Part shown: positions 39,070-53,628 of the stretch, in pieces
Layout: each line of letters opens with the position of its first letter
How positions within the stretch are numbered: the stretch's first letter is position 1
NCBI GenBank assembly: GCA_964016885.1
Contig: OZ024741.1
Coordinates: forward strand, 348,564,001-348,628,000
DNA from: Eledone cirrhosa
Lineage: Eukaryota
Reading direction: 5' to 3'
DNA: 64,000 bases
The notes under the pieces: generated by a model
Database searches by the model: none
What the model was told of the DNA's origin: nothing
Seen by the model: only the letters and a program-made list of their open reading frames with translations
Translations under genes and position numbers: made by a program

Positions 39070-42000
39070 ATCATGGTTCAAACTGTGTTATATGCATCCA
39101 ATGCTCCGATCACTAGAGTGATTAATAAAATCTTCATCCCCAACAACTTTCCAACCCCCTCCTTAAATCGCTCGTACTTCTCCATCTATTCATGACCTTT
39201 ATGATTTACTCTACTATCTCCTCAGATAGAGATAGAGATAATTAGGCCTCTATTTTGTTCTTGTTCACACATACATGTATGGCCTTCTTGCCTCAATCAT
39301 TCTATCGCTTTAAATGTTGAAGTCCAACAAAAGCTTAAATTCGTCACTTTCAAAAACCCCTTCTGGTCTCTGCTCTTATCATTTAGTTGCTCTGACAAAC
39401 CCACATTTCTCAGATATCAACCAATGGGTATATCTGGCAACATTATTATGTCGTCGTATATCCACTCGCAAGTTCAAAAATAACATATTTTTTTAATAAT
39501 GTCCCTGACCGTTTCTCCTTTCATCCCATACATTCTACATAATGGGGATTCTTTCGATTTGTCAACATGATGTTTAATGCGGTTTGATCAAAGAGTCTGC
39601 TCTTGGGCGCTATCCAACAGTTTCATTACATCCTTTCATATTTCCATTTTAAGCTACGACCCACTCTTATCCCAATCAATGCCTACTTTATCTCTCGCAT
39701 ACTGTTCGTGCGCAAGTTGATCTTTCTATTACTTTTCAAATTCGTTTCGCTTGCATTCATTAGTTGCTACTGCATCAGCATATTTTAGTTTGTCGAGGTC
39801 GCTTAATTTGGACATGATGTTACTCCTTCCATTTTTAAGGTATCAAGCTAGGCTGTTTTTCTCACTTTTGACATAATTTTCACAACGCATTAGTCCTCTA
39901 ACTCCTTTCTTTCTGCCGACGTAATGTCGTGTGACATCACTGTGGGGGTGGGGTAGTTATCAATAACCTAGTCACCAATTTACTTGTTTTCATATCAATA
40001 TTTTGCAATTCATCCTCCTTCCATCTAATAACTCTTTCACCGTAGCACATGAGAGACACAGCCCACGTATTCGATGCCTTCATCTTATTCCTTCCATTCT
40101 ATATAGACATTACATGTCTCACATGCCTAAGATATTCCTTTTTTAACAACTCCTTTATTTCTTTGCCTTTGATCTTATCCAACTGAAAGACATCTAAATG
40201 CTTGTATTCATACTTTCCATCTTCTTTAATAATCTGGCCATTTGCAAGCACAGTACTTTTACTCTTTGTAACGTTTCCTATCTTTTAACCCGAGCTCCAT
40301 CATAATATCCTGACTAATCGGGTTTACAGTAGATGTAAAACGGTAAATTTCGTCCTCATCTTTCGAAAATAACTTTAAATCATCCGTTGGTTGATCTTAA
40401 TACCATCTAGTACATTCTCATTTTCATATTTCTAAAGATTTGTCTCAGGGGACAAATTATAATAGTGATAAACTATGTCCCTGAAATATACCACATCGTA
40501 TATTAACAGAGCTTAACTGTGCCCGATAGGAAATTAACTCTGTTTTCCAGCTGGCTATCGATCTTTCTATAAACCTAATTACATTATTTGGCACTTGTAC
40601 AAATTTCAGAATCTCTAATATCCAGTTCTAAGGGGCCATATCGTAGGCTCTCTTAAAATATAACCACGCTAGTGCTACGTTCTTGCGCCGTTCTTTTTGC
40701 ATACCAAACAAACACGTGTTTATCAATCAGCAATTGATATATTGTACCCTTGCACCTTTATTTTCACCCTATCTGCTTTTCCATTAGGATTTCTTTGTTC
40801 CCAATTTATAGATGATTTCAAAGATGGCTCCTATCACATGTCTCCACATTAGTTTGAAGCAGATTATGGGTCTAAAATTATCTACTGAATTGTCATTAGC
40901 AGCGTCCATCTGACAGCACAGTCGTACCCTTTGTTGTCCATATATGTATCTCTGTATAGTAGGTTAACATTTCATTCATTTCAAATGCGATTCAATCATG
41001 TAAATCTGTCGACTTTTTCAACCAAAATCTTGGTCCCAATGAAGTCCAGAGTTTTCCAATTCGGATTTTTTTTTTCTTTTTTGATTCTATGCATATACTA
41101 TTCTTGTTGTTATCTCAATATCAATTTTCTTCATTTTTTTTTATCCTCCCTCATTTCCTTTCGGCCATTCAGCATTCGCATTAGGCTGTCCTCAATATCG
41201 CTGTTCTTCACATTTCTTTTATGCAGCCATTCAGCTTTCATATTAGGCTTTCCTCTGCATCTGTTGTCACTTCTTCTTTCTCACGTTTACCCTCGAGGTC
41301 TTGGCATACACTGTTCTACTCATATTGGAACATTCTATTGATTCTGTATTTGTGTGTTCTTTGTTGAAATCTACTCAGATTATTCGCCTCGGATTGCATC
41401 GCTTGTTTCAATTCCACACTAACGACCTTTCTTTTGTATATTATACTTATTTTCTGTTTTAATATGTTTGTAGATATTTGTTTCCCTTTCCCTTAATTGA
41501 TTTTCTAATTTTCCTCTTCCGGCATATTTCCTTCCCTTTTCTCCATCCGATGGATTTACAAATCCTATTATTTTCCTTGTAACAAATACAGCTGTAGCAT
41601 CAATAAGTTTATTTTTATCAAATATTATTTTTCTATTGGAACATATTTCAGCACCTCGTTCACCCTTTTTCGTCATTCATTCCGAGAGGGTATATACTCA
41701 TTCTTCCGTCCATGGTGTTAGTTCAGATTACCTTCTTTGATGATTACGATAATCTCATTAATCATCGACTTATTCTTTACACTCATATCATTCTTATCGA
41801 TGATTCTGATCATCGACATACTCCCTATTTCGTTCACTTTATTCATTACAATTTTACGTGTCTCTCAGGTATCCCTCAACTGTGACTCATACAGATATAT
41901 CTCTGTTTCTTTTTCCTTCCAACTCGACTTCCGTTAGCCAACTATTTGTTCGAATAATCAGCATCTGTTCATACAGTTTTTGTTCCCTCACTGCCAACAA

Positions 42001-42200
42001 CTGTTTCTCCTTTCAAATGTTGTGCATTCATTTTCCGTAACCCCTTGCGGGTTTTCCCTCATCATTGACCATACATACTTGAAAGATAGCATTCTGTTAC
42101 AGCTACATTCAACCTCTTATAATATCCTATCTGGCGACCGGATTCATGCTGCTTACCAAAAGGTTGCCTACTAGGTGATACATTTTCAGCATTACTGTCT
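39070..42200 (-). mobile_element. Decayed R4/Dong-like non-LTR retrotransposon (RT plus restriction-like endonuclease)
   Basis: Manual minus-strand motifs in order: NFRPIIC (~40875), KNVALAWLYFKRAYDM (~40660), NIRCGIFQGHSLS (~40490), DDLKLF (~40380), RRHNNVAR (~39445), LLDFNI...IEARRP (~39300), VIGAL (~39105). The 5' limit is approximate. Confidence 0.82.
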
Positions 42201-42289
42201 CAAGGATCATTCGCGGTGTTATTTCTGTTCAATTGTTTTTCATGTAGAGGAAGCGTAAACCAAACGACTGGAAATTAAAGTCAAAGTCC

Positions 42290-42580
42290 AAAATGAAAGA
42301 ATGTCTTTTAATTGATTTAGTAATTCCCACAGACTAAAATTTATCTACAAGGAAATTGAAAAAGCTCTCAAAATATGAAGTCTAGAGATAGAAATAACAC
42401 GAATGTGTATGATGAAAACAGAAACAATAGCCAAAATAATAGGTGCTCTGGGAATGATAAAAACAACACACAGGTAAATGGATAACCTAAGCCCCAGGAC
42501 ATACTCATATATATGCAACATTGAAAAGATAGCACAGCTAGGCACTACACGCATATTACGTAGAATACTGTTAATACAAT
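42290..42580 (+). mobile_element. 3' fragment of an R4/Dong-like LINE
   Basis: Translates to KLSKY.../LEIEITRM...IIGALGMIK...KIAQLGTTRILRRIL, the C-terminal pattern of RLE-type elements. Confidence 0.72.
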
Positions 42581-42679
42581 AGAAATAACAACACCAAAAC
42601 AGGCACTGCACATACGTATGGGGCACAAATATGTACTCGTTAAGGTCATGACGACACGCAATAAAATTAAGACTAATAA

Positions 42680-42840
42680 TAATTGTTTCTACTTTTGGCA
42701 CAAGCCCAGACATTATCCCAATGCATTACTGGTACTTTATATTATCGACCACGTAAGGATGACAGGCAAAGTTAACCTCAGCGGGATTTGAACTCAGATC
42801 GTAAAGGGGCCACAAAGCATGGCGTCCGAACCTCTACAGA
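42680..42840 (-). mobile_element. tRNA-derived SINE, same family, partly deleted
   Basis: TGTTTCTACTTTTGGCACAAG...GCGGGATTTGAACTCAGA...AAGCATGGCGTCCGA. Confidence 0.85.
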
Positions 42841-44494
42841 TAATAATAGTAACAATGATTCTCATGATGATTTATGATGATGATGATGATGATGATGATG
42901 AGGATTATGATGAGAGGGATATGATGGTTTCTAATTTAGAAAAAATCAAACCTCGGCAACATAAACTACATTATCGTCAATACTAACTTCATTATCGTGG
43001 TTCTCGCTTCAACTAACATCTTTGACATTACTTTGAGCTCATTACTGGACTGTGGCATAATCGAATATTTCGTTTGCAATTAATAAATGGACTCCGTTTT
43101 CAAACCCACTGTGTAGCACCTTGGGCAAGTGTATTTTACCAAATCCTGGAAATGTGTAAATTCTACCGCATCTAAGCAGGGAAGAAGATATTGTAGTTCG
43201 ATCCCGTCGCAGGGATTGCATCAATGTCCCAAACGCGTCACATAATCTCACTGACTCTTGCCCCATGCAATCAGCATAGCGTAGCAATATCCAACAATTG
43301 GAACACGCCTTGCAAAATGAGATGGTGTTACATTTATATCACTATAAAAAATATACATCATAATAATCGCTGATATAATCCTCGCGCCAATCACCATCAC
43401 AATCATCAAGTCATTTTCATCTACATCATTACTCTTCTCTTTATCCTCACCATCACCATTGTTTTCATTGCCATAACCATTATTATTTTAAATTACATCG
43501 CCATCAACATGGTATCTGTACCATCGTCAGCACAGACGCTGTGATAGCTGTTCATATTTGATAATGTTGTTGATGTAGAGGTTAAAATCAATGCCAGAGT
43601 CATTTGTCTGGTCAGAAGTCATTGAAATATAATCGGTCAATGTTTGCACTCAAAATTTAATTTGACGTAAAGACTAAGATAGAACTATGCCGGCTTATTC
43701 GACATGCCGGAAATAGCAAACAAACATTAATAGATGGAACATTTTAAGGTAAAATTGCAGCACGATAAATTGATTGAATCATTACAATGTCAGATTTGTT
43801 CTGTCTCTCCGGGTTTTGTGTTCAAGTCCTACCGATGTTTGTTTCTTCATCCATTCTATGCTATCCATAATGTCTCAGAGATAATATTAAAGCCAACTAT
43901 TTGTGTACTGAGTTTTCATTTTACCGTGTATTAGTTGCTTCCTTATTTGTGAAACAAGGCATGCATGGCTCGGCTTATGGATATAGGAGTTCATTATCTG
44001 ATAGAGTGACGATTGTAAACCATCATTAGGCATAACCAGAAGCTGCTAAATTTACATTATAAATAGGTTGAATGTTCGGACAGAAATAGAGATGTAGAGT
44101 ATTGGAACAAAAGGAGTGGATAGTTGTTTCTTGAATGATTTTTTCAAACTTCTCTTTCATTAATGTTGACTTGGATCTCAAGAAAGAATAATTAATAGAG
44201 AATATTTTCTAATTTAGTCATGAGGTCAGAAATATTGGGACATATGTATGGTCTCTTGATATCATATATTATTCACGATATATATGTAATTTCTCAAACC
44301 AATAAAAGTTTGAACGTCAAATTATAATATAAAGAGATATTAATTCAGAACAAAATATTACGCATCGGTTTGTCCGGTGTTTTAGGTGGTCCCATATATA
44401 CCGACTAACGAGCAAGCGAGAGAGTTTTACTTGTTCACTCGACGTTCGAGAGTTAGTAGAGGAATCTAATTGAAGTAACACCTTATTGAAGTAA

Positions 44495-44790
44495 TACCTT
44501 ATAATATGATTAATCTTCCCTGTATATATTCCATTAAAGAAATATATTTCACCAATTAATCAGATGGTTAACCACAGGGACGAAGCTAGTATGATGTGTG
44601 TATTTCTAGTAAATACTACACGTGCTGGCCAGTCGCTGATTTGAACTTTAAGTGTAAACACGGATTGCTGGTAATTTCTTCCTTGTTGAAAATCCAAATC
44701 TCCACTTCTGTGGTTTAACATCTGATTAATTGGTGAAATATATTTCTTTAATGGAATATATACAGGGAAGATTAATCATATTATAAGGTA
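44495..44790. repeat. Inverted repeat, ~82 bp nearly identical arms
   Basis: TACCTTATAATATGATTAATCTTCCCTG... (44495-44577) matches its reverse complement at 44709-44790. A 16-bp tandem duplication TTGAAGTAA(C/T)ACCTTA sits at the left edge. Confidence 0.9.
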
Positions 44791-44829
44791 TCTATTTTTG
44801 AAGTTCTGATCTACTTTATTCAGTTACCT

Positions 44830-45041
44830 ACCTAGCTATGTTTGGTTACACACTTGTAAAAATTATCTCCTGTGTTTATTCATGTTTATTTATATGTTAA
44901 TCAATCTCTAGTTATTATAAAATGCTCGGACCTACTCGTTATAATCTTAGAGCTTATTTTGCGGGTGATATGGCGCATGCCTTTCTGGCATGACACCCAT
45001 AATTTTGATTTAGATTAAATTCATTTGATTTATCTTAATTT

Positions 45042-45043
<2 letters not shown>
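44830..45043 (+). repeat. Uninverted copy of family A, 3' end at (TA)n
   Basis: Matches 661-743 directly and 488-660 in reverse complement. Confidence 0.82.
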
Positions 45044-45090
<47 letters not shown>

Positions 45091-45094
45091 GTAT

Positions 45095-45944
45095 ATATAT
45101 AAAATTAAGTATGAGTGTGTGTGTGGGGGGGGGGTCTATGTGTCTGTGTATTACCTATCGGGGCCTACATCATACGACTGATTTTCATGAAACTTTACAG
45201 GCGCATAGATTAGTCATCTGGGAGTGTTTTACATATATCAACGTATCGTTTTTTTATACCGGCGTCATTCTGGTATAAATTTTAGGTATCGAAAAATAAG
45301 AGTTTTGGCTCTAGCTCTCACATTTTGCCACCGATTTCGTTCAAAATTTAAAGCAAAATAGAATTTATAATTACACATCCTGTAATGGCTTTATATTTTG
45401 CATTTGTTCTTCAGGGACGGCGTGGCAGCCGCTTAAATATTCAAAAATCCAACTTTTTCGGTTCTACCTCCCACATTAATCAACTACTTTGTTCAAATTT
45501 TACACTACGCTAGATCTGATTATTTAACGTCTTCAAGTGGCTTTACAGTAAGGATTTTTTGTTCAGGAATGGCGTGGCAGCCGCTTAAATATTCGAAAAT
45601 ACCACCTTTTCGCTCAAATTTCCACCTTTTCGGCTCTAGCTCCCACATTTTTCAACCGATTTCATTCAAATTCGAAACTTCTGCTCCAGCTCACACATAA
45701 ATCAATTTATTTGGTTCAAATTTTATACTACGATAGAACATATCATCTTACAGTAGCTTTACATTTTGCTTTTTATTTTGTTCAGGGACGGCGTGGCAGC
45801 CGTTTAACTCTTCAAAATACGATTTTCACCACCTTCCACACATTCCAAACGATTTCGCCATTTGCTACACCTTACGACCGATTTTCAAGAAACTCGCAGT
45901 CCCTAAAACCAACACCTTTTCATCAAAACAGATACTGCTGCTAG
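45095..45944 (+). mobile_element. Non-autonomous Helitron-like element with internal subrepeats
   Basis: Begins TATATAAAA followed by a TGTC-type microsatellite and GATTTTCATGAAACTTT. Ends CTAG followed by T. The internal unit TTCAGGGACGGCGTGGCAGCCG recurs at ~45410, 45562 and 45781. No clear 3' hairpin. Confidence 0.58.
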
Positions 45945-45969
45945 TATATATATATATATATATATATAT

Positions 45970-46296
<327 letters not shown>

Positions 46297-46735
46297 ATGT
46301 GTTCAACGGCTGAGAGAAAAGAGTACTCGATACAGAAATAGAGGTTTAATAGTCATTCTATTAAGGCTAACTAGTGAGTGTTGTTACTCTGTATTTTCAT
46401 TACAGGTTCATTACAGGTCCATCAGACAAGAATATGTAATTGACTGAAGACCCTATGAGGAACGGGAAAAACTCCCGATTAACAACACTCACAATTCAAC
46501 CTTAAAATGAATTATATATATATGAGTTTTACCCCACAGATTACCGTACGGATTACACATTACCATGTGTAGCGGATTGTGTAAATGTTGGAAGACTCCT
46601 AAATCCCACCCCGTCTACACTCAATGTGTCAGCAGCCACTGCAAACCACTAAGCCTCACTATCTGTGAGTAATCCAATATAAAAACAATCTGTTTCATAT
46701 ATTTCAGCACTCTAATGTATATATAATACTCAATA

Positions 46736-47259
46736 CTAGCTGATTTACCGGGCGTTTCCCGGGTTACTGCTGTTCTTATTCAGATTAGTAAACAATAAAT
46801 ATGAAGATAAGTTTTTTTCTCATAATTATTTCAAAATATCTTTTTTTTTATTTAAAAAAAAACAAAATTGTAATCATAATAGAATTTAGAAATAAAATCT
46901 GTAAATCTTGAAGCACCTTAGGGTAAACAATATTAATTGTGTAATTTTTTGTTGGTGTCCAAATGAATAAATTGTTGTTACACACTCACACACATACACT
47001 CACATATACATATATAAAGACAGACACACACAGATATACATTCACGTAGACACACGCATAGCTTTTCACATCACTTTTTTACAGTCGCTACTTTAAATGA
47101 AAATTAAAAGTATCACACATACACTCACACCCACAAACACTCTCACATACACTCACATACATATACCGTAACAGGCACACCCGTCTGTCACCACATATGT
47201 ATCTGTATGTGAAGATGTGTGTTTAATTGTCTGTATGTGAAGATGCAAATTACTAACGG

Positions 47260-47296
<37 letters not shown>

Positions 47297-47626
47297 ATGT
47301 AGATGTGTGTGTGTGTTTAATTCTCTGAGTCCTAACGTATGCAATGAACTCGCAAACACACACTCACTCATACAGAAAATGTGCCGGTCGCCGTCGTAGT
47401 CGTGGTGGTGGTTTATTGTAGGTCACTATAGAAATATTATTTTAGATAAAATGTCATATTGTTTTAAATGAAAATAAAAATGTCATGTTGACACTCCCGG
47501 GGTCTAATACAATTTCCTTGTAACATTTGATTTTATTTGGTCCAGCCGTTTGAGAATGCATAGGAACAGACAGGCAGACAAATAGACAATCAGACAGAGA
47601 GACAAAGAATTTTATATAGAGAGAGA
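46736..47626 (-). mobile_element. Non-autonomous Helitron-like element
   Basis: Minus strand: A|TCTCTCTCTATATAAAA plus (CTGT)n-like repeat at the 5' end, and a 3' GC hairpin CCGGG-AAACG-CCCGG followed by CTAG|T. The middle may be unrelated sequence. Confidence 0.65.
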
Positions 47627-47699
47627 TGACATACATTATTCTGTATAGTTCCATGATCTCCAGCATTCTTCCATTCTTCTAATCCCGCATAATTAGTAG

Positions 47700-47875
47700 T
47701 ATCAGTAGTGCGTTAGGCACCATGCTTTGCAGCATAGTTATGTGCATTCATGTTCTGACTGCAAATACCACTGAGGTTATAATTGTGCCTTTCATCCTTA
47801 CGTGGTCGATGAAATAAAGTACTAGTAATGCACTGTGCTAATTGCAAGCCTTGTGCCAAAAGTAGAAACAATTAT
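47700..47875 (+). mobile_element. tRNA-derived SINE, same family, plus strand
   Basis: GCCTTTCATCCTTACGTGGTCGATGAAATAAAGTAC...GCCTTGTGCCAAAAGTAGAAACAAT. Confidence 0.8.
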
Positions 47876-48581
47876 ACTTTTTTTTTAATTTTCAATTATT
47901 TATTTGCTTAATTTTAAACTTTAACTTTTTTTAATTTTTAATTTTTAATTTTTAATTTTTAATTTTTAACATTTTAAATTTAAATTTATTTTGTTTTTAA
48001 TTTTTCTTATTTTTAATTACTTTTCCTTCATTTTGTCATTCTGTCATTTGTCATTTCTGTCATCTCCCCAATTCTTCAATTTTTCATGTTTTCCATTTTC
48101 CATTTTTCATTTCAGCTTTTTCATTTTCCTTTACTTCCTTTATTCCACATACCTTTCCATAATAATTATAACATTCAGCGTAGTTATATCTTCATAAGTT
48201 ATATTCATATATCTAATGCATATCCCGGCCCCATTCACTCATTTACCCATCATAACTTCTATACTTATATATTTCCATAATCTTCACCGTACTCAATTCT
48301 TCAATTCTTTAAATGTAAACTACATGGCTTTATTCCCTTTACATATTCCGACTACACAACCGCCGTCACCACCAAAATTTCCCCATACTGTCACCTACTA
48401 TCACCAGAGTACCTAAGCACCCACCCGGCACTCACATATATATATGAATGAATTGGAACTTCTATATTCATGTTTATATCTATATGCATATATGCATGCC
48501 TGTGTGTAGGCATGTATTTATTTACATATTTGCGCGCATGTTATGTGTGAAAGTACATATGAGTGTATGTGTGTATGTGCT

Positions 48582-48632
<51 letters not shown>

Positions 48633-48798
48633 GTATGTATATAAGTATATGTATAGATGTATATATATATGTGTGTATGTGTATGTGTGTATATATATAT
48701 ATATGTATATATGTATACGTGTCTGTGTTTAAGTTTACATGCCTGTATATGTTTCTTGTATGCGGTTGTGCAAATATATATTTAATATCTTTTTATAA

Positions 48799-48960
48799 TC
48801 TATATATATAAAACTGAGGATGTCCGTCTGTGTGTGTGTGAGTTTGAATCCCTAAAACTCGAGAAGCACCCAACCGACTGTTTTCAAACTTTACACATGT
48901 AACACTTATGTTTCAAGGACTGTTCTGAGCAAAAGTAATTTCAAATTTTCTATACACCAG
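48799..48960 (+). mobile_element. Helitron-like 5' end fragment
   Basis: A|TCTATATATATAAAACTGAGGATGTCCGTCTG...CCAACCGACTGTTTTCAAACTTTACAC, similar to the 45095 start. Confidence 0.5.
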
Positions 48961-49220
48961 CCTCCACATCCATCTCCTATCTCCCACTACTTCCCTTCAT
49001 CACCTTGTACTTTTGCACAGACCAATCCCCCATACCACTACCACCTCCCTACTCTTTCTATATTAATTACACCGTCCCAATTAAATTCCCCTCCCCCAAC
49101 TCAAGTCTTCATTATTTATACTGTCTGATATTGAAACGTTAGTTCTTGTTATGATGACTCTCTGATAAACAGGCTAGGTTCTAGATTAACAAGACTCACT
49201 ATTTAGGCTTAATAAAATGA

Positions 49221-49396
<176 letters not shown>

Positions 49397-52300
49397 ATGG
49401 GTGTAACTTTGATAACTTTGATAGGTTTCGCCCAATATTGGCCCAGGCCATGTGTGTGTGAATGTGTGTGATTTTTAATTCACTACTAAATCGCAGACAA
49501 ATCAACACTAAACTAAGGCTATCCACAAACTCAGGCAAAGGTAATCCATACATCTACACTAAACGTGATCCAACAGATTTATACCACACTAGACATTAAT
49601 TAAACCCATTCACATCACCCATCTTCCATACCCAAAACTGTCAATGCATAACAATTCTCAAAGCTACACCAAGGAACCTTTTCAAACTACAGCCATGGTA
49701 TTCCTTAGTTTTTATGCAGGTCTCTTCATCTATGTACATATGTATAAGTACATTTATTTTGTCCATGTGCTTATGTTAGAAATGATTAATAAGCTCAATA
49801 TATTTCCAGATATCTTAATTAATAGAAATATGTGGCGCTTCCCTAAATGGCGTTGTGAGGTTATTCTTAAATAGTGAACCGAAATACAATCATAAGCAAA
49901 ATACTATCTAACAAAATACCTTTTTAAATGTCACAGTATAAAATAACTCAATTCATTTCTATATCATAAACAGCAGTTGAAGTAATTACGAAAAATAATT
50001 TTGTGTTTCTTATCACCTGAAAATATATAATATTGATAACATAATTGATATAATGGCGTATCTTGAGAAAAATCACTTCATACTTAATATGTTAAACAAA
50101 ACAATGAAACGTGAATGTTTAGAAAAAACAAAACCACAAATCAGTCAAAAGACTGGCGTTTATTATTTCCATATCCTTCTTCCATTGTTTTTTAGTATAT
50201 CTTCAATTGAGGCATATTCATTCTATGTATTTTAAATTGTATTTGATTTCATTGTCAGTCAGTATTTGTAAAAAATTCCATCGTTTGGTAAAATTGTATA
50301 TGAAGTGTCTGTCTCTTTTCATAGCTCTCGTGTTAACAAATATTAATATAATTATCATTATTATCATTATTATCCTTATTAATAGTTTAGTTGCTATTGT
50401 TCACTTGTGACGCATAACGATTCGTCTCTCATAAGTGTATTGTTTTTTTATAGTGTAAAAACCCACTTATTTATGTAGTCTCTCTTATTTTCTTGTTAAT
50501 ATGGCACATTATTTTACACTGTAAAAAGGACAGGCCTTACTTTGCAACATACAGGGCAGACATAAAAGAAAAATAGAATGGTGGAAGAAGTATCCAGCAT
50601 ATAAATATGGCGTCACATCGTCTTGTTCAAGAACAAAACACATGAAAGCATTATAGGATATCAAGCTTCTTTTCAAGCTTGGGCAATGGATACCTCACCA
50701 CCACCACAGCAACAGCCAAAACTAACACCAGCAAATCATTGCCAACAACAGCAACCAAAGGACTAGAAACTTTGATAAAAGCAAAAGTAACAATAACTGT
50801 TCTTGAAACCCATAACACATTTTCTTTATTTGAATAACACTCAGAAAGTTACCACAACTTCTACCACAAACAACAAAACTACGATTGAAAGCAATAACAG
50901 TTATGGCCATGACAGAAACAAATGCAACACTAATTGAAACAGCATGAAAAACACAAAGAATAACACTTTCAGTCCCGCCACAACGTAAAACTTAGCGTCA
51001 CACATAAAAAGGACCACGAATAACAGAAAAGAATAACAGCCACACTACTGTAATAGACGAAGAAGACAGTAATGCATATAACTACAACCAAATAAACAAA
51101 GTTCTTGTCGCATCTACATCTGCTCAAAAATGACTCCAGTAGGCATAAGCGGCCAAATTATTCAACCTTCAGGAGAGTAGGTCCTAATAACCCATCCCGT
51201 CAGAATTATGAGTTTTACCTGCTAGAAAATATTGCTGTATCGAGGTGTTTCCGGGGAAATCTGACATACAGGTGTAACAACACGAGCCAACATTTCGACG
51301 ACTTAAATGAAATATGACCAGACATTGAATTTGTCAGACATGCAAATCAGCGGAGAAATATTTTCAGAAGCATAGCTTTCGCATTGTCTTTGTTCGATCC
51401 TCTGTCGCAGCAATAATTACATTTGTTTCCATTGTATTAAGGAAGCAGATCAGTAAGTTCTAAAAGGACGATTTTCTTGGACTGCTGGTGGGTCCTTGCT
51501 TATATATTCCTGAGTGTATCCGAAACACTCCAGGACGAAAAATGAACGTGGAAACAGAATTTATATGGGATAATTTTCGAAGTCCCTTTTTGACATCTGG
51601 AAAATATCGTAAGACATATTCAACTGCCGAACGACGTGGAGGCACCTGTTACAGGTGAAGGCTAAAAACCTTAGTGTCTTACTTGTGGTAATGCTACCAA
51701 TTTACGTAAGAACTTTTCGTTTACTTCAATAAACACAAGGATCGCGTTGTTTTCCCTGTTGCCAACAACTAAGCCCAAATGACACCACCAAATTACAAGA
51801 ACAATAACAACAGCACCACTAACAGTGAAACCAACAAAATTGTTGATATATTTGTTAGTGTTGGGCCTGCTTTATATTAGAGGGATGTTTTCAGTATCCA
51901 TGAGTGTGTATATTATCAAACATTCTCCTTCAAATTATGTTAAAATGTGTTTACTTCTTTCCGTCATACAGATTTTTCTGGCAAACTCCCCCATTCATGG
52001 ATCCTTTTCAACATCCATTCTGCTCTTTTTGTAATAATCCGTTTCTCTCAAGGTGGATGAAGTTTCTAAAGTTTATATGAACGTGTGCGATAATTAAATT
52101 ATCTTTTGTGGGGGAGTGTATTTTGTGTTGTGAATTTATTTTCCCTTCGGGCATCCATTCTGGTACTCGTACTATCTAGGCATTAATATTATTGTTTTCA
52201 GTATTATTAAAATCAATAATAGCAATGAAATATTCAGAGAGAAATAAACAAAATTAATACCAATACCAAAAGGAATATTTTACGCGGTGTTATTCATAGC

Positions 52301-52812
52301 AGATCCAGATGAATTTATGACAGTTATTCCTGAAAGAAAAATTTGAAATGATTGAGTGGTCAAGAAATTAATGACACGCTCATAGGTCATGTATTTAAGG
52401 CTAACGAGAAAGCCTTGATGATGTGTATGAAGAAGACAACTAATTCTGTTGTATGTATGTTGGTAATAAGAACCAGATTCTCTTTCCTATAGAATTACCT
52501 TGAATAAACTCTCATCTGATTAACGCATCCCTAGCAAGCATAATATAGAACCGGATCTGGCGATCATCTTTTAACATAACAATCAATCAATCCAGAAATT
52601 GTTGGTTTAAATCTCTTACCCCCTCTTTCTGTCTCTCTCTGTCTATATATCTTTATCTCTCTATTTCTCGCCGTCTCTCGCTCACTCTCCTCATTCCCTC
52701 ACTCTATAAAGCTATGAATTTACTCAACACCTCTATCTCTCTCTGGCTTTCCATTTCAATCTCACTCTTCTTTTAACACGTTTTTGTCTTTAATTATTTT
52801 CTTACTAAGAGA

Positions 52813-52875
<63 letters not shown>

Positions 52876-52925
52876 TAGACATATATATATAGACATATAT
52901 ATATATATATAAATATATATATATA

Positions 52926-52964
<39 letters not shown>

Positions 52965-52973
<9 letters not shown>

Positions 52974-53374
52974 TAAACAAATAATGAACAAACAATTCCT
53001 TATATTAAACAAAAAAAGTTCACTATTTAACGATCGTTTCTAGGGCATATATGTGTTATAATTGGTATGCATATTTAACAGATCTATGTACAAAATTATA
53101 CAAAATTATACAAATTATCAAGATTAAATATACATACCTAACTCATATATACGCCGTCTTCAGAAATAATTATTTCTGAAGACGGCGTATATATGAGTTA
53201 GGTATGTATATTTAATCTTGATAATTTGTATAATTTTGTATAATTTTGTACATAGATCTGTTAAATATGCATACCAATTATAACACATATATGCCCTAGA
53301 AACGATCGTTAAATAGTGAACTTTTTTTGTTTAATATAAGGAATTGTTTGTTCATTATTTGTTTAATATTTTAT
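52965..53374. repeat. 410-bp spacerless palindrome abutting (TA)n
   Basis: Axis between 53169 and 53170 (CAGAAATAA|TTATTTCTG). Arms of 205 bp with no mismatch seen by eye. Confidence 0.95.
53170..53316 (+). ncRNA. Type I hammerhead-like motif with a very long stem II (mirror copy on minus at 53023-53169)
   Basis: TTATTT-CTGAAGA-[GGCGTATAT...GGTATGTATATTTAA / TTAAATATGCATACC...ATATATGCC]-cta-GAAA-CGATCG-T-T-AAATAG. Stem III is palindromic (ACGATCGT). The base of stem II is non-canonical. Confidence 0.55.
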
Positions 53375-53505
53375 CTTGACTCTGTATACCGTTTATCTTT
53401 CACCGAAAGTGGATTTTCATTACATCTCTTCTTTCCATGATATCCGGAATACATTGAGTTCTTCATACGGATTGGACACTACCGTAAACTCTTGGTAGAT
53501 TTATC

Positions 53506-53628
<123 letters not shown>

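Noticed and set aside
46440-46475. CTGAAGA-CCC...GGG-AAAA as a hammerhead; similar weak hits at ~27657, ~44721 and ~57402
   Set aside because: No convincing stem I or stem III. Such partial matches are expected by chance in AT-rich DNA.
50400-52600. Non-repetitive stretch as possible host exons
   Set aside because: No ORF with a recognisable domain or convincing splice pair. Small exons cannot be excluded without transcript data.
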